From the NCBI GenBank assembly GCA_016283175.1, contig JAEEMK010000075.1, forward strand, positions 4,724 through 68,723: DNA of 64,000 nucleotides, given 5' to 3'. The notes under the pieces are model-generated. The model saw nothing but the letters and a program-made list of their open reading frames with translations. It had not been told where the DNA came from and did not search any database. The stretch comes from Bacteroidales bacterium. Its GTDB lineage: Bacteria > Bacteroidota > Bacteroidia > Bacteroidales > P3. The position numbers and the translations under genes were made by a program. Shown here in pieces: positions 44,820 through 54,886 of the stretch (position 1 is its first letter; every line of letters begins with the position of its first letter).

Positions 44820-46016
44820 TTATTTTTTTATGTATGATAAAAAGTCGAGGTCAATCGACAGGGAGATGAATGGTTTGACGAGCCACGACTTGGCAGTGAT
44901 GTCGTCGAGGGTCAATGCCGTCTCGAGTGACTGTCCTGCCGAATAGCCGTCGATAAGCATTTCATACTCACAGATGTTGACTCCGACGGTGAGGTAGAAG
45001 AAGTCTACGAAACGAAAACTGGGACCGATATAGAAATTCTTGAACAAGTTGGTGCCTCCGAAACCGACATAGATGCCAAGGTCGTAGTTGAACTTCTGGT
45101 CAAAACGTGGAATTTCAGGCAGTCGTGTCGAAGTGGAGTCCTTTTGCGACGGGTTGTTGAAGAAATCTGTTAAGTCCCATAGCATTACCGACGCACCGGT
45201 GACAAAGTCGAACTCGATATCTCCGGCGTTGCGGTTGCGAATCACCTTCGAATAGGTAGCCGCGCCTGTTGTTGGGTCGACGTGGTCGGGAGTCAGACGG
45301 ATATCCCAGTCTGGTGTGCGGAAGAAACGCATAGCAATACCCTGTATCGGACGCACTTTCTTTTTCTTGTTCAGCGTAATAGCAGCCTTTTCCTCCGCAT
45401 CCTTGGCTTTCTGGGCCAGGTATTTGTTCTCTTCCTGCTTGCGAATATTCTCGATCTCAACGGAATTGACACGCTTCTGCAACGAGTCGACAAGATGTCG
45501 GTAATGCTCTTTTTCAGTTAAGAGATTGATATATATCTCGCGCTGCGATATAAGTGTGACTTCTTTGTTATCGATATCTTTTTGCAAATATTCTATTTCT
45601 TTGCTCTTTGCCTCGATGCTTGCCTCCTTGGCCCTCAATTCGCCTTCCCATTTTGCTTTGTCAATGGTGGAATTTGTCAGTGCCTGACGATATAGTTCCT
45701 CTTTTTCGGCCACGAGTCGCTCTTTTTCCTGCATAGCATTCATCTGCTCGGTCAGAAGTCTGTTTTTCTCTTGCAGTTCTTTTTGATATAGGTCGTTCGC
45801 TGCAATCAGAGAGTCTTTGAGCATCACAAGTTCGCGTAGATGCTTGCGCATAGATGCTTGCAGCACTTGATTCGAATCAATATGTTTGTTAAGCAGCTCG
45901 ATTTGCTCACGATACAGTCTTGTGGAGTCTTGCCAGTCGTCTTCCGACTGCCCACGACAGGGAATTGCAGCTGTCAGTGCCATCATCAATGTAATGAACA
46001 ATCTGAATCCACGCAT
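44820..46016 (-). CDS. Secreted coiled-coil protein with C-terminal beta-rich (OM-like) domain
   Basis: 398 aa. Signal peptide, then about 200 aa of heptad-like E/K/L-rich sequence, then a beta-strand-rich C-terminal third. No family recognised. Confidence 0.5.
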   Translation of the reverse strand: MRGFRLFITLMMALTAAIPCRGQSEDDWQDSTRLYREQIELLNKHIDSNQVLQASMRKHLRELVMLKDSLIAANDLYQKELQEKNRLLTEQMNAMQEKERLVAEKEELYRQALTNSTIDKAKWEGELRAKEASIEAKSKEIEYLQKDIDNKEVTLISQREIYINLLTEKEHYRHLVDSLQKRVNSVEIENIRKQEENKYLAQKAKDAEEKAAITLNKKKKVRPIQGIAMRFFRTPDWDIRLTPDHVDPTTGAATYSKVIRNRNAGDIEFDFVTGASVMLWDLTDFFNNPSQKDSTSTRLPEIPRFDQKFNYDLGIYVGFGGTNLFKNFYIGPSFRFVDFFYLTVGVNICEYEMLIDGYSAGQSLETALTLDDITAKSWLVKPFISLSIDLDFLSYIKK

Positions 46017-46155
46017 TTATTTTATGTTTTTTTTGCTACGGAAATCCGTGATAATTTATTGATATTAAATTTATTTAAATGTTATACACATAAAAATGTA
46101 ATCTGCAAAGTTACTAAAATAATGCTGACATACAAAAGGAATCGTCAAAAAAACG

Positions 46156-46163
46156 TAATTTTG
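46156..46163 (+). promoter_or_regulatory. -7 promoter box (TAATTTTG) of the C25 peptidase gene
   Basis: TAnnTTTG 20 nt upstream of ATG 46183. Confidence 0.5.
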
Positions 46164-46182
46164 CAAATTCAAACTGTTAGTA

Positions 46183-49131
46183 ATGCATCGTGTGAAATAT
46201 CCAATAATCAAATATATAGCGTCGCTGCATCGACAATTGGCATTTTCTATGATGCCCGTTTTGATGATGCCGTTTATTTGCAATGCACAGTATATACCGA
46301 GTAATGGCATTTCTGTGTTGGAAAATAGTTCGCAACAGTTTGTGTTTGACTTTTCCGTTAAGGATATTTCGGTGAAACCGATAGATTCGGTGTATGTTGT
46401 TGTAAATACTCCTGCTGCAAATAGCTATAGTCGAGATGAAGGCAAACCTATGCTGCCACAGTACTGCCAGATTATCTCGCTCCCCATAGATGGTGATTAT
46501 ACGCTCACATTCGATGATGAAGAATGGCAAATATATAGTCTTGAACAGCTTGGGTGCGACGGTACTATTGTCCCGTCATTACCAGCACGTCCTAAGAACG
46601 AAGATGCATTTGATTTTAAGTTTGATACTTCAGTGTACGGTTATGATACTTTTTGGGGTAATGACCTTGTCAGAATAGAGGATATGGGTGTGATGCGTGG
46701 GGTTCGCCTGGCACGTTTGACAGTTTCTCCTGTACGATATAATCCTGTGGGGCACAGTGTTGCGGTATGCCGTTATTTATCTGTCGTGATCTCTTATTCA
46801 AAAAAACGTGAGACTTTGTGTGATCAGATGCATTTGGGACTGGATTTTGATAATGGCAAGGAATATTCTAACCAACTGATAGGAGGAAGCCCTTATACAT
46901 ATATGGTTGTTGCTCCGCCGCATTTCCGTCATACACTTCAGCCTTTTGTTTCGTGGAAGCGCCAAGAAGGTTATGCTATCGAGGAGTTTTACCCAGCATA
47001 CAATGATAAGAATGCAATAAAAGCGTTCTTACAGCATCGTTATGATAATGCAACGTCAAATTTTCCGGCACCTCTTTTTATTTTGCTTGTAGGTGACGTG
47101 CAGGATATTCAGGTTTGGCCGGCCAATTTCCATATAAATGGGATTGATGTTCATCGTACTGATTTATATTATGCTGAATATACTGGTGACTATATGCCAG
47201 ATGCTCTTTTGGGACGTATCTCGGTAAGGGACACGGCTACCCTTGCTCAAATTATTAGTAAGACAATAAAATATGAACGTTTCGAGTTTAGCGATAGTGG
47301 CTATTTGGGTCGTAGTCTATTGGTTGCTGGAAAGGAAGAGGCTCCTCCTGCGCCGACAGTCACAAACGGACAGATTAACTATTTGAAATCGATTATTATA
47401 CAACACGACAGTTTGCACGACACAGTGTGCTTTTATAATCCTTCATCTGATACAATGTCGAACAGGATACAGGATTGTCTGCGGCAAGGTGTAGGTTTTG
47501 TTAACTATACGGCACATTGTACATCGCAAGGATGGCGTCATCCTCTGTTGAGCAGTATTGACATTGATTCACTTTCTTTAGGTTCACAGCCTTTCCTTTC
47601 TATAAACAACTGTTGCAGGGTAAACGACATTAGTGGCGACTGCTTTGGTGAACATCTGTTGCAGAAAGCGCCTGGAGGAGCTGTGGGTGTTATTGGGGCA
47701 AGCAACGAAACACTTTGGGATGAGGACTATTTCTGGAGTGTCGGAGGTAGTGGCATTCCCTCGCTTTATCCGCAATATTCTGATTTGCCCGGTGCATATG
47801 ATCGCCTATTTCATATAAACAATGAACCTGTGTCTCAACGAGCTGTTACTCAGTCGCAGATAGTACTGGCCGGTAACTGGGCAGTCTCCGAAAGTGGTTC
47901 GCCATACGATGGTTTCTATTGGGAGATTTATTCGTTGCTGGGAGACCCTTCATTGATGCCATATATTGGTGTGCCGGCATCGCAACAACTTGAGATTGAT
48001 AGTTTTTATACGGGCGACATTCAGATTGTTGTTCACGGTACGCCTGGCGCACGGGTGGCAGCAACATATAATGATACTCTCTATGGTGTTTGCACTATCA
48101 ATGACGAAGGTAATGCAATGATGACCACTTTTATGTCGGTTCCAGACAGTCTTCTTTTTACCGCCACTGCACAATATCATAAACCTATACAGAAAAGTGT
48201 CAGGTCAATAGTGCCAGACTCTCCGCGTATTGTTGTGACAGATATGGCAATTCAGAATGTAAGTGGCAATGATATCGATCGTTTTACCTTGTGCGACAGT
48301 GCTGTAGTGATTGTTACTGTGCGCAATGTCGGTTCGCAGAGTGCAGATGGTCATAGTTTGCATATATCAGCTGGTGATGCCGATGTACAGTCTTTCATAA
48401 TTGCATCTTTGATGCCTGGCCAAGATACAATTGTCAAATTCACTGTTTGTCCAAAAATCAGACAGGAGGAACTGACTATTACGTTCGAAACTGCTGACAG
48501 CGTTGTATATTGGAGTCATTCGAGAAGTTATGATGTGTTGGTTGCCAATACAGAAATAATGGCATTGAAGTTGATGCACGATGATGAGCCTGTGTCTACG
48601 GTCTTGCCGACAACAACATACGAGATAAATGCCATTGTTGTCAATAGAGGAATCGGGGTTGCAAAAGAGCTGAAAGCATCAATTGAAGATTGTGGAAGTG
48701 TATATGTTGGCGACCTTGATGCGGGCGACACGGCGCAATGCATATTCGATTATGTATCACCTGACGAGGCTGACAGTGTTGCCATTGCTGTATGTGTTAG
48801 CCATCGTGCAGACACGATTGTGAATACTTTTATTTTCGCTGTCGAAGATACATCGCAGGCAGTACTGACTGTAGAGGAATCCAATAATGTTAAAATTTTA
48901 CCAAATCCCGCGGATGATTTTGTGATATTTAGTGGATTGAGTGCTCAAACTCACATCGTGATATATGATATTTATGGACGCAAAGTGAAAGATTTTTTTG
49001 CTGAAAATGGCTCTATGATGCAATATTCCACCAGGGAATTGCGTTGTGGCATCTACCACGTTATGTTTTACACAGGACAGCAGAATGCTAAACGGCTGCA
49101 AAAAACAGCAAAACTGGTTATAGCTCGATAA
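46183..49131 (+). CDS. C25-family (gingipain/PorU-like) cysteine peptidase with T9SS C-terminal sorting domain
   Basis: 982 aa. The gingipain-like catalytic contexts are FVNYTAHCTSQGW (His) and FLSINNCCRVNDI (Cys). The C-terminal VKILPNPADDFVIFSG...IVIYDIYGRKV...GIYHVMF is a type-A CTD. Confidence 0.75.
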   Translation: MHRVKYPIIKYIASLHRQLAFSMMPVLMMPFICNAQYIPSNGISVLENSSQQFVFDFSVKDISVKPIDSVYVVVNTPAANSYSRDEGKPMLPQYCQIISLPIDGDYTLTFDDEEWQIYSLEQLGCDGTIVPSLPARPKNEDAFDFKFDTSVYGYDTFWGNDLVRIEDMGVMRGVRLARLTVSPVRYNPVGHSVAVCRYLSVVISYSKKRETLCDQMHLGLDFDNGKEYSNQLIGGSPYTYMVVAPPHFRHTLQPFVSWKRQEGYAIEEFYPAYNDKNAIKAFLQHRYDNATSNFPAPLFILLVGDVQDIQVWPANFHINGIDVHRTDLYYAEYTGDYMPDALLGRISVRDTATLAQIISKTIKYERFEFSDSGYLGRSLLVAGKEEAPPAPTVTNGQINYLKSIIIQHDSLHDTVCFYNPSSDTMSNRIQDCLRQGVGFVNYTAHCTSQGWRHPLLSSIDIDSLSLGSQPFLSINNCCRVNDISGDCFGEHLLQKAPGGAVGVIGASNETLWDEDYFWSVGGSGIPSLYPQYSDLPGAYDRLFHINNEPVSQRAVTQSQIVLAGNWAVSESGSPYDGFYWEIYSLLGDPSLMPYIGVPASQQLEIDSFYTGDIQIVVHGTPGARVAATYNDTLYGVCTINDEGNAMMTTFMSVPDSLLFTATAQYHKPIQKSVRSIVPDSPRIVVTDMAIQNVSGNDIDRFTLCDSAVVIVTVRNVGSQSADGHSLHISAGDADVQSFIIASLMPGQDTIVKFTVCPKIRQEELTITFETADSVVYWSHSRSYDVLVANTEIMALKLMHDDEPVSTVLPTTTYEINAIVVNRGIGVAKELKASIEDCGSVYVGDLDAGDTAQCIFDYVSPDEADSVAIAVCVSHRADTIVNTFIFAVEDTSQAVLTVEESNNVKILPNPADDFVIFSGLSAQTHIVIYDIYGRKVKDFFAENGSMMQYSTRELRCGIYHVMFYTGQQNAKRLQKTAKLVIAR

Positions 49132-49155
49132 AAAAGATTATACAGAATAATTCAG

Positions 49156-50118
49156 ATGGTACTGGACTACACTTTGATACAACAACCCGATACAGTTTTG
49201 AATACTGCAACGCAAATTGTTGACAGTGCTCCGGTTGCTGTTACAAACCATCAGAAGCCTCTGACTGCGCAAATCCATTATAATACAGAAGTACCGGAAA
49301 CACTTCTTCGTCCTCACGACAGTGTTTTCAGTCCAGTATTCGACACTTCAGATTATTTGTTGCTTTGCAATGATTCTGTTTTTGCACCATACAGTGAACT
49401 TTCTGTACGACATCGTGAAAGTATGTTCGTGACTAATACACACAGTCGTCAAACGACGCAGCCCTATGTGCGTTCTGTTAGTGCGTCGACAGATTGGATT
49501 TTTGTCACAGTGATATCGCTTCTTGCATTGGTAAGTGTTTATGTCAACAATCAGAAATTTAGGCTGAAAGATATTTTTCAGTCGCTCTTTGACCTCCGTG
49601 TACTTGACCGGGTGTTTCGAGAAAGCAACATTCGTACGGTTTCCTTGTTGCCAATGGTTGGTATATATTTGGCATCTATTTCGATGGTCGTGTTGAAAAC
49701 AACACAGTATTACGGTGGTTTTGTTGTTCCGTTCCCACCCTATATTCTTTTTTTTACGACATTGGCTGCGTTAATATCATTCCTTATCGTCAAAAATGGC
49801 TTTGTCCGCCTGCTTGGTAGTATATTCGAAGACCGTGCAACCACAATGTTGTACATCGCCAATAACAATCTTTTCTACTTCGTTGGTGGGTTGGTCATTA
49901 CTCCTTTGCTTCTTCTGCTTTTCTTTTTTCATCCTGCCGAAATTGCAACGCTCAAAGTTGTGTTTGTTTTAGTGGCTATAATTTTCATTATCAGGTTTGT
50001 TAGGGGGATGCAACTAATTTTAACAAGTTCGAAAACGTCCAAATTGTATTTATTTTACTATCTTTGCATTTTTGAAATAGTACCAGTTTTGATTATAGTA
50101 AAGGTGTTATTTTTTTGA
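49156..50118 (+). CDS. Multi-pass membrane protein, DUF4271-like
   Basis: 320 aa with about 6 TM segments in the C-terminal two-thirds. Its position directly upstream of a HemD-like gene is the arrangement I associate with DUF4271 in Bacteroidota. Confidence 0.55.
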   Translation: MVLDYTLIQQPDTVLNTATQIVDSAPVAVTNHQKPLTAQIHYNTEVPETLLRPHDSVFSPVFDTSDYLLLCNDSVFAPYSELSVRHRESMFVTNTHSRQTTQPYVRSVSASTDWIFVTVISLLALVSVYVNNQKFRLKDIFQSLFDLRVLDRVFRESNIRTVSLLPMVGIYLASISMVVLKTTQYYGGFVVPFPPYILFFTTLAALISFLIVKNGFVRLLGSIFEDRATTMLYIANNNLFYFVGGLVITPLLLLLFFFHPAEIATLKVVFVLVAIIFIIRFVRGMQLILTSSKTSKLYLFYYLCIFEIVPVLIIVKVLFF

Positions 50119-50152
50119 AGTATAGACAGTTGCATTATTTGAATAGAATTGT

Positions 50153-51127
50153 ATGAAATTGAAAAAAGTCCTCATTTCGCAGCCGGAGCCGGCAGATTTG
50201 GAAAAATCTCCCTACAAACGACTGGCTACAGAGTTCAAGCTTGACCTGACCTTCTACAAATTCTTTGAGGTGGTAGGTATCACGGCAACCGAGTTCCGCA
50301 AAAGCAGAATCCATATAACCGAATATACAGCTGTCATTTTTAACAGCAAAAACTCTGTCGATCACTTTTTCAGAATGGCTAAGGAACTACGCGAAGTCAT
50401 TCCTGAAAGTATGAAATACTTCTGCTCTACCGAGGCAATTGCTCTATATTTGCAAAATTATATTCAATATCGTAAGCGTAAGATATTCTTTGGCAGTCAG
50501 TATTTTGCTGATCTCATCGATGTGATGACCAAACATCGCGACGAGAAGTTCCTCTTTCCCTGCTCTGACGAAAAACAGACAGAATACACCAAGCTGCTTG
50601 ATAAGGCTAAGTTCAAATATACCAAGGCTCCAATGTATCGCAGCGTGCCGCGCAATCTCAAACAGTTTAAACTTGAGGACTTTGATATGATAGCGCTCTT
50701 TTCACCTATTGGAGTCCGTTCGCTGCTGATGAACTTCCCGAATGCCAAGGAATCATCCATTCTTGTGGCTGCTTTTGGAACTTCAACCCACGCAGCGCTC
50801 AATGCAGCAGGTATAAAGATAACCATTGCAGCTCCAACCAAAAACTCTCCATCAATGGCAATGGCTATTGAAAACTATATGCTTGGCAAACAGCAGGAAG
50901 CTGTTTTGGTTGTGAAACCTTCAACACTGAAGAATTCAAAATCGGCTCATATCAGTAAGGTGACAGGCACCAAAAAAAGCAAATCGGTTTTTGCAAGCAA
51001 GACAAAATACAAACAACTGATGGAGGAGAAAAAAGCCAAGGCAGCTGCACGCCGTGCAGAACGAGCAGCACAGAAGGCTCTTAAAGAAGCTGAGGTTGCC
51101 GACAAGTCTGAAAAAAGTACCAAATAG
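50153..51127 (+). CDS. Uroporphyrinogen-III synthase (HemD)-family protein with Lys/Ala-rich C-terminal tail
   Basis: 324 aa. The first 245 aa or so have a HemD-like two-lobe pattern (KVLISQPEP...; ALFSPIGVRS). The tail is KSKSVFASKTKYKQLMEEKKAKAAARRAERAAQKALKEAE. Confidence 0.7.
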   Translation: MKLKKVLISQPEPADLEKSPYKRLATEFKLDLTFYKFFEVVGITATEFRKSRIHITEYTAVIFNSKNSVDHFFRMAKELREVIPESMKYFCSTEAIALYLQNYIQYRKRKIFFGSQYFADLIDVMTKHRDEKFLFPCSDEKQTEYTKLLDKAKFKYTKAPMYRSVPRNLKQFKLEDFDMIALFSPIGVRSLLMNFPNAKESSILVAAFGTSTHAALNAAGIKITIAAPTKNSPSMAMAIENYMLGKQQEAVLVVKPSTLKNSKSAHISKVTGTKKSKSVFASKTKYKQLMEEKKAKAAARRAERAAQKALKEAEVADKSEKSTK

Positions 51128-51129
51128 TG

Positions 51130-51516
51130 ATGTACACGTTCAAAAAAAAGGAACGTCTCTGCAACAAAAAGACTATTAGTAATCTTTACGCATCACAAAA
51201 CAAGATGCTGACTTTCCCGTTGAGTGTTCATTGGATGATGCTTCAACCGGATGTTCAGCCCTGTCGTCTTCAGGTACTTTTTGTGGCACCCAAAAAGAAG
51301 CTACATAACGCTGTAGACCGCAACCGCACAAAGCGTCTTATGCGTGAATGCTATCGCACAAGGAAATACATATTGCTTGATAAACTTGAACAACGTGGTC
51401 TCGCGATGGCTCTTGGCATAAATTACATACATACCACACCTCCCGACTTCTATCATCTGCAACGTGCCTTCGACCGGCTCATTGAAAGTTTGTCTCAAGA
51501 ATTGAACAATGATTAA
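51130..51516 (+). CDS. rnpA: Ribonuclease P protein component
   Basis: [17 protein letters not shown] and [12 protein letters not shown] (RNR motif). ATG at 51130 (the track start is a GTG at 51127). Confidence 0.88.
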   Translation: MYTFKKKERLCNKKTISNLYASQNKMLTFPLSVHWMMLQPDVQPCRLQVLFVAPKKKLHNAVDRNRTKRLMRECYRTRKYILLDKLEQRGLAMALGINYIHTTPPDFYHLQRAFDRLIESLSQELNND

Positions 51517-51733
51517 GGTTTTGTTGACCAGGTTCTTTCTGCTGCTTATCAAGTTCTATCAGCAGTGCATTTCGCCTTTAACGCCGGCAGCGTGTCGATA
51601 TACTCCTACCTGCTCGCAATATGCCAAAGAGGCAATCTTGAAATATGGCCCATTTAAAGGCTCGTGGCTTGCTTTGAAACGTATTCTTCGCTGCAATCCT
51701 TTTGGCGGTTCGGGATATGATCCGGTTCCATAA
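51509..51733 (+). CDS. yidD: Membrane protein insertion efficiency factor YidD
   Basis: 74 aa. [19 protein letters not shown] and [14 protein letters not shown]. It overlaps rnpA by 8 nt. Confidence 0.93.
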   Translation: MIKVLLTRFFLLLIKFYQQCISPLTPAACRYTPTCSQYAKEAILKYGPFKGSWLALKRILRCNPFGGSGYDPVP

Positions 51734-51809
51734 TGCTGTTTTATAGTGTTTTGAATGATTTGTTGCAACTTTTATGTTGCATAATACATTATATTTCGAA
51801 AAATATATG

Positions 51810-51817
51810 TAATTTTG
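51810..51817 (+). promoter_or_regulatory. -7 promoter box (TAATTTTG) of the lipoprotein gene
   Basis: TAnnTTTG 28 nt upstream of ATG 51845. Confidence 0.45.
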
Positions 51818-51844
51818 CAGTCAAATATTAAACCCCCTAAAACA

Positions 51845-52375
51845 ATGAAAAAAATGAGATTTTTGGCCATTGTTATGGCTACAATGCTGACCTTTGGATT
51901 TGTCAGCTGCGGCAACGACGATGAAATTCCCTATGAGGGTATCGAACTTTCCAATGGACAGTTTATTGAAATCGAGGATTTTGGTAGCGATGCTACTGCA
52001 GCCTACAAACTGCACTTCAAAGTATGGCTCAGCGACGGCAAAATCGTCGCCGAAGGTCTGACCTCCAAACCTGTCAATACTCTCCTGCCTGAGACTATGG
52101 ACCTCGCCACCTCGGCCAAGGTTGCCGACTGCGGCAAGGTGAACGGTCTTAACAAGCTCGATAAGGTTCCCGCTGCTGCTGACCTCGCCGACAATCAGAC
52201 CGCTGCCGAAAAGCACGGATATATCATCGTGGTTAAAGGTGCGGGAAATGTTGACTCGTACGAAAACCCAAATCTTCACGATCCTGCCCAGCAGTATATG
52301 CGTCTGTGGCTTGAGGAGAAGAGCGGTGACGGTTTCAAACTCCGTTACGAATTTCCCTTCACTCCTGCGGAATAA
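51845..52375 (+). CDS. Hypothetical lipoprotein
   Basis: Trimmed to MKKMRFLAIVMATMLTFGFVSCGNDDE (lipobox). 176 aa. No family recognised. Confidence 0.55.
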   Translation: MKKMRFLAIVMATMLTFGFVSCGNDDEIPYEGIELSNGQFIEIEDFGSDATAAYKLHFKVWLSDGKIVAEGLTSKPVNTLLPETMDLATSAKVADCGKVNGLNKLDKVPAAADLADNQTAAEKHGYIIVVKGAGNVDSYENPNLHDPAQQYMRLWLEEKSGDGFKLRYEFPFTPAE

Positions 52376-52394
52376 AACAATTAAGCAAATTAAA

Positions 52395-52429
52395 ACAGGA
52401 ACCTGACATTCAGGTTCCTGTTTTTTTTT
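52395..52429 (+). terminator. Rho-independent terminator
   Basis: ACAGGAACCTG acatt CAGGTTCCTGT followed by T8. Confidence 0.8.
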
Positions 52430-52457
52430 GCTTTATTGGACAAGTTGCAATATTCAG

Positions 52458-53114
52458 CTACTTTGCTATTGAAAGCCAGAAGTCAGCTTGGCCTTGTTCT
52501 GTGTCGATGATTGGACTTGTGCTGATAATGCAACCTGCGTTTCGAGCCTCTGTTTCGGTGGTCTTTAGGTGATCCATCAAAATGCCCGTGCCGGTCCATT
52601 TAAAGTAGGCTTCCTTACGTGTCCAGATGCAGGCAAACTCTTTCTGCGGGTCGTCGCAATTTTTCACGATGGCTTTCTCGTCGTCGTTGAAGGCTCGTTC
52701 GAGGAGAGTGTCGCTGAAACGGCGACGGCCTTCGATGTCGATGCCTATTGTACGGTTGCTGATGCCTATGGCCACGGCTTCTTTGCAATGGCTTATGTTG
52801 AAATGTATGCCTTCGTAGTTGGTGATATAAGGTTTGCCGTGTTCGCCGAAGGCCCAGAGGGGGAAAACGGAAAGCGTAAAGCGGAGAGCGGAATGCGGGA
52901 AGGCTTTGATTGTCGTAAGACTGTCGTTAATCAAATCTCGGTCGTTCTTCAGCGCGTGGCATAGCATCGTGTAGGCTATGGCCTGCTCGCATTTCTGACG
53001 GTGCGACTTGTAGTGTGCCACTATGTCCTGTTGCTGTTTCGGCATTGTGTCGACGAGACACTCCAAGTGTTCAGGGGCGAGATGCTCGGCGTTGCGATAA
53101 AAGTAGACTAACAT
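52458..53114 (-). CDS. 4'-phosphopantetheinyl transferase (Sfp type)
   Basis: 218 aa. GKPYI...FNISHCKEAVAIG...GIDIE and WTRKEAYFKWTG are Sfp/EntD family motifs. Confidence 0.85.
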   Translation of the reverse strand: MLVYFYRNAEHLAPEHLECLVDTMPKQQQDIVAHYKSHRQKCEQAIAYTMLCHALKNDRDLINDSLTTIKAFPHSALRFTLSVFPLWAFGEHGKPYITNYEGIHFNISHCKEAVAIGISNRTIGIDIEGRRRFSDTLLERAFNDDEKAIVKNCDDPQKEFACIWTRKEAYFKWTGTGILMDHLKTTETEARNAGCIISTSPIIDTEQGQADFWLSIAK

Positions 53115-53174
53115 AGGATTTTAAAAAGAGGGTGCCATAATGACACCCTCTTAATTATAGTTGTTGTAAATAAA

Positions 53175-54737
53175 TTACTGCGTTACTCTTTCAAGCCATT
53201 TGACCATACAGAGCATCACGATCATCGACAGCAGGCATACGCCCATAAAGACGCTCCAGCAGATCCAGATAGGGAAGTTGGTGTACATCAGAGGTCCGAT
53301 CCACAGTAGGCCGTTGCCAACTGCGGTTGCACCAAGCCACAGACCCTGGCAGAGACCGAGGAGGTTCTTGGGAGCAACTTTCGAAACGAAGCTCAATCCC
53401 AGAGGACTGATAAACAGTTCTGCAACGGTCATAAAGAAGTAGTATACGATGAGCACCCAAGGACCGGCTTTCAGACCAGCGGCGGTTGAGGCGTCGAGTT
53501 TGGTGAACTCATCTGCCGAGGGATAGCCGTGGGTGTTGCAGAAGATGGTCATAAAGAGATATGCGATTGCTGCTATACCCATACCAATAGCGATTTTGCG
53601 CGGAGTTGAGAACTTGCGGCCCCACTTGGTGCCGAACAGCCACATAATGGGGAAGGTCAACAAGCAGACAAAGAACGGGTTGACAGCCTGCCAAACTTCG
53701 GGCGGCAGAAGCGAAGTGTTTACAAAGTCGCGTGCGAAGAGTGACATAGAGGTACCGTTCTGATGGAACGACCACCAGAAGAAGACTGCGATGACGAGCA
53801 CTGCAAAAAGAGCATAGATACGCTGTTTGAGTTCCTTTGCCATAGCCATTTTCTCTTCGGCTGTGTATTCGACACTTTCGGTAGCGGCTTTTTTGGCAGG
53901 TGTGGGGAATTTCTTCTTGCTGGCGACAAAGATGAGAAGTGAGATAAGCATAGCTGCAACAGAGGCAATGAACGAATAGTGGACGCCGGTGTTGAAGACA
54001 TTGAGGTAGTTCTGGCACATTTCCTGAGCGGCTGCTGTGTCGGTTGGCAGAACAATGTGCATATTGGCGAAGAGCTCGGTGGTCTTTGCTATTGCCTCGG
54101 GAGCCATAGCTGCACCAGCTGCAAGATATTGATGGCAGAGTGCGGGAATGTCGGCGTTGTATTCAAAGCCGTTTACGCCAAGCCACCAGCTGCGGAGCAG
54201 AGGAGCTACAAAAGGAGCGATGAGACCGCCTACGTTGATGAACATATAAAAAATCTGGAAGCCAGGGTCGCGTTTGCTCTTTGCTTCGGCAAGAGCTTCG
54301 GGACCTATCTTGGCTGCTTCAGCCTCGAAGTTGTCGTACATCTGTCCGACAATAGCCTGCAGGTTGCCTTTGAACAAACCGTTGCCGAATGCAATCATCA
54401 GAAGGGCGAAGCAGGTGAGGGGCAGTAACCAGTTGATGTTGCCCGCCGTAGCAAGGATTGGAATGGCCAGGATGATGTAGCCACAAGCCATTACCAAAAG
54501 ACCTGACTGGATGGTTGTTTTGTAGTTTTGCGTGCGGTCGGCGATGATACCGCCAACGAGGCTCAGGATGTAAATTCCGCAATAAAAAGCAGAATAGATA
54601 CCTGTAGCGACACTGTTGCTCAAACCGAATTTTGAGCATAGGAACAGCACAAGCACCGCATTCATAATGTAGTAGCCGAAACGCTCTCCCATATTGCTCA
54701 ATGCGGCGGCAATTAGTCCTTTAGGATGTCCTTTCAT
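53175..54737 (-). CDS. Proton-dependent oligopeptide transporter (POT/PTR2, DtpT-like)
   Basis: 520 aa. The N-terminal GHPKGLIAAALSNMGERFGYYIMNAVLVLFL is the ExxERFxYY PTR2 signature. About 14 TM segments. Confidence 0.88.
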   Translation of the reverse strand: MKGHPKGLIAAALSNMGERFGYYIMNAVLVLFLCSKFGLSNSVATGIYSAFYCGIYILSLVGGIIADRTQNYKTTIQSGLLVMACGYIILAIPILATAGNINWLLPLTCFALLMIAFGNGLFKGNLQAIVGQMYDNFEAEAAKIGPEALAEAKSKRDPGFQIFYMFINVGGLIAPFVAPLLRSWWLGVNGFEYNADIPALCHQYLAAGAAMAPEAIAKTTELFANMHIVLPTDTAAAQEMCQNYLNVFNTGVHYSFIASVAAMLISLLIFVASKKKFPTPAKKAATESVEYTAEEKMAMAKELKQRIYALFAVLVIAVFFWWSFHQNGTSMSLFARDFVNTSLLPPEVWQAVNPFFVCLLTFPIMWLFGTKWGRKFSTPRKIAIGMGIAAIAYLFMTIFCNTHGYPSADEFTKLDASTAAGLKAGPWVLIVYYFFMTVAELFISPLGLSFVSKVAPKNLLGLCQGLWLGATAVGNGLLWIGPLMYTNFPIWICWSVFMGVCLLSMIVMLCMVKWLERVTQ

Positions 54738-54857
54738 AATTGTGAATGTTTTGATTAATAATATTTTAATTTGAGTTTTTTGTTTTTCTCTGTCGGAAAT
54801 AATGGTGCAAATTTACGAAAATTTTTGAAAAGTGGTGTGGCTTTTGCGAATATTTTG

Positions 54858-54865
54858 TATTTTTG
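54858..54865 (+). promoter_or_regulatory. -7 promoter box (TATTTTTG) of tsaC
   Basis: TAnnTTTG 22 nt upstream of ATG 54887. The track ORF start (TTG 54863) lies inside it. Confidence 0.45.
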
Positions 54866-54886
54866 CAGCCAAATTTGTTCAATGGT

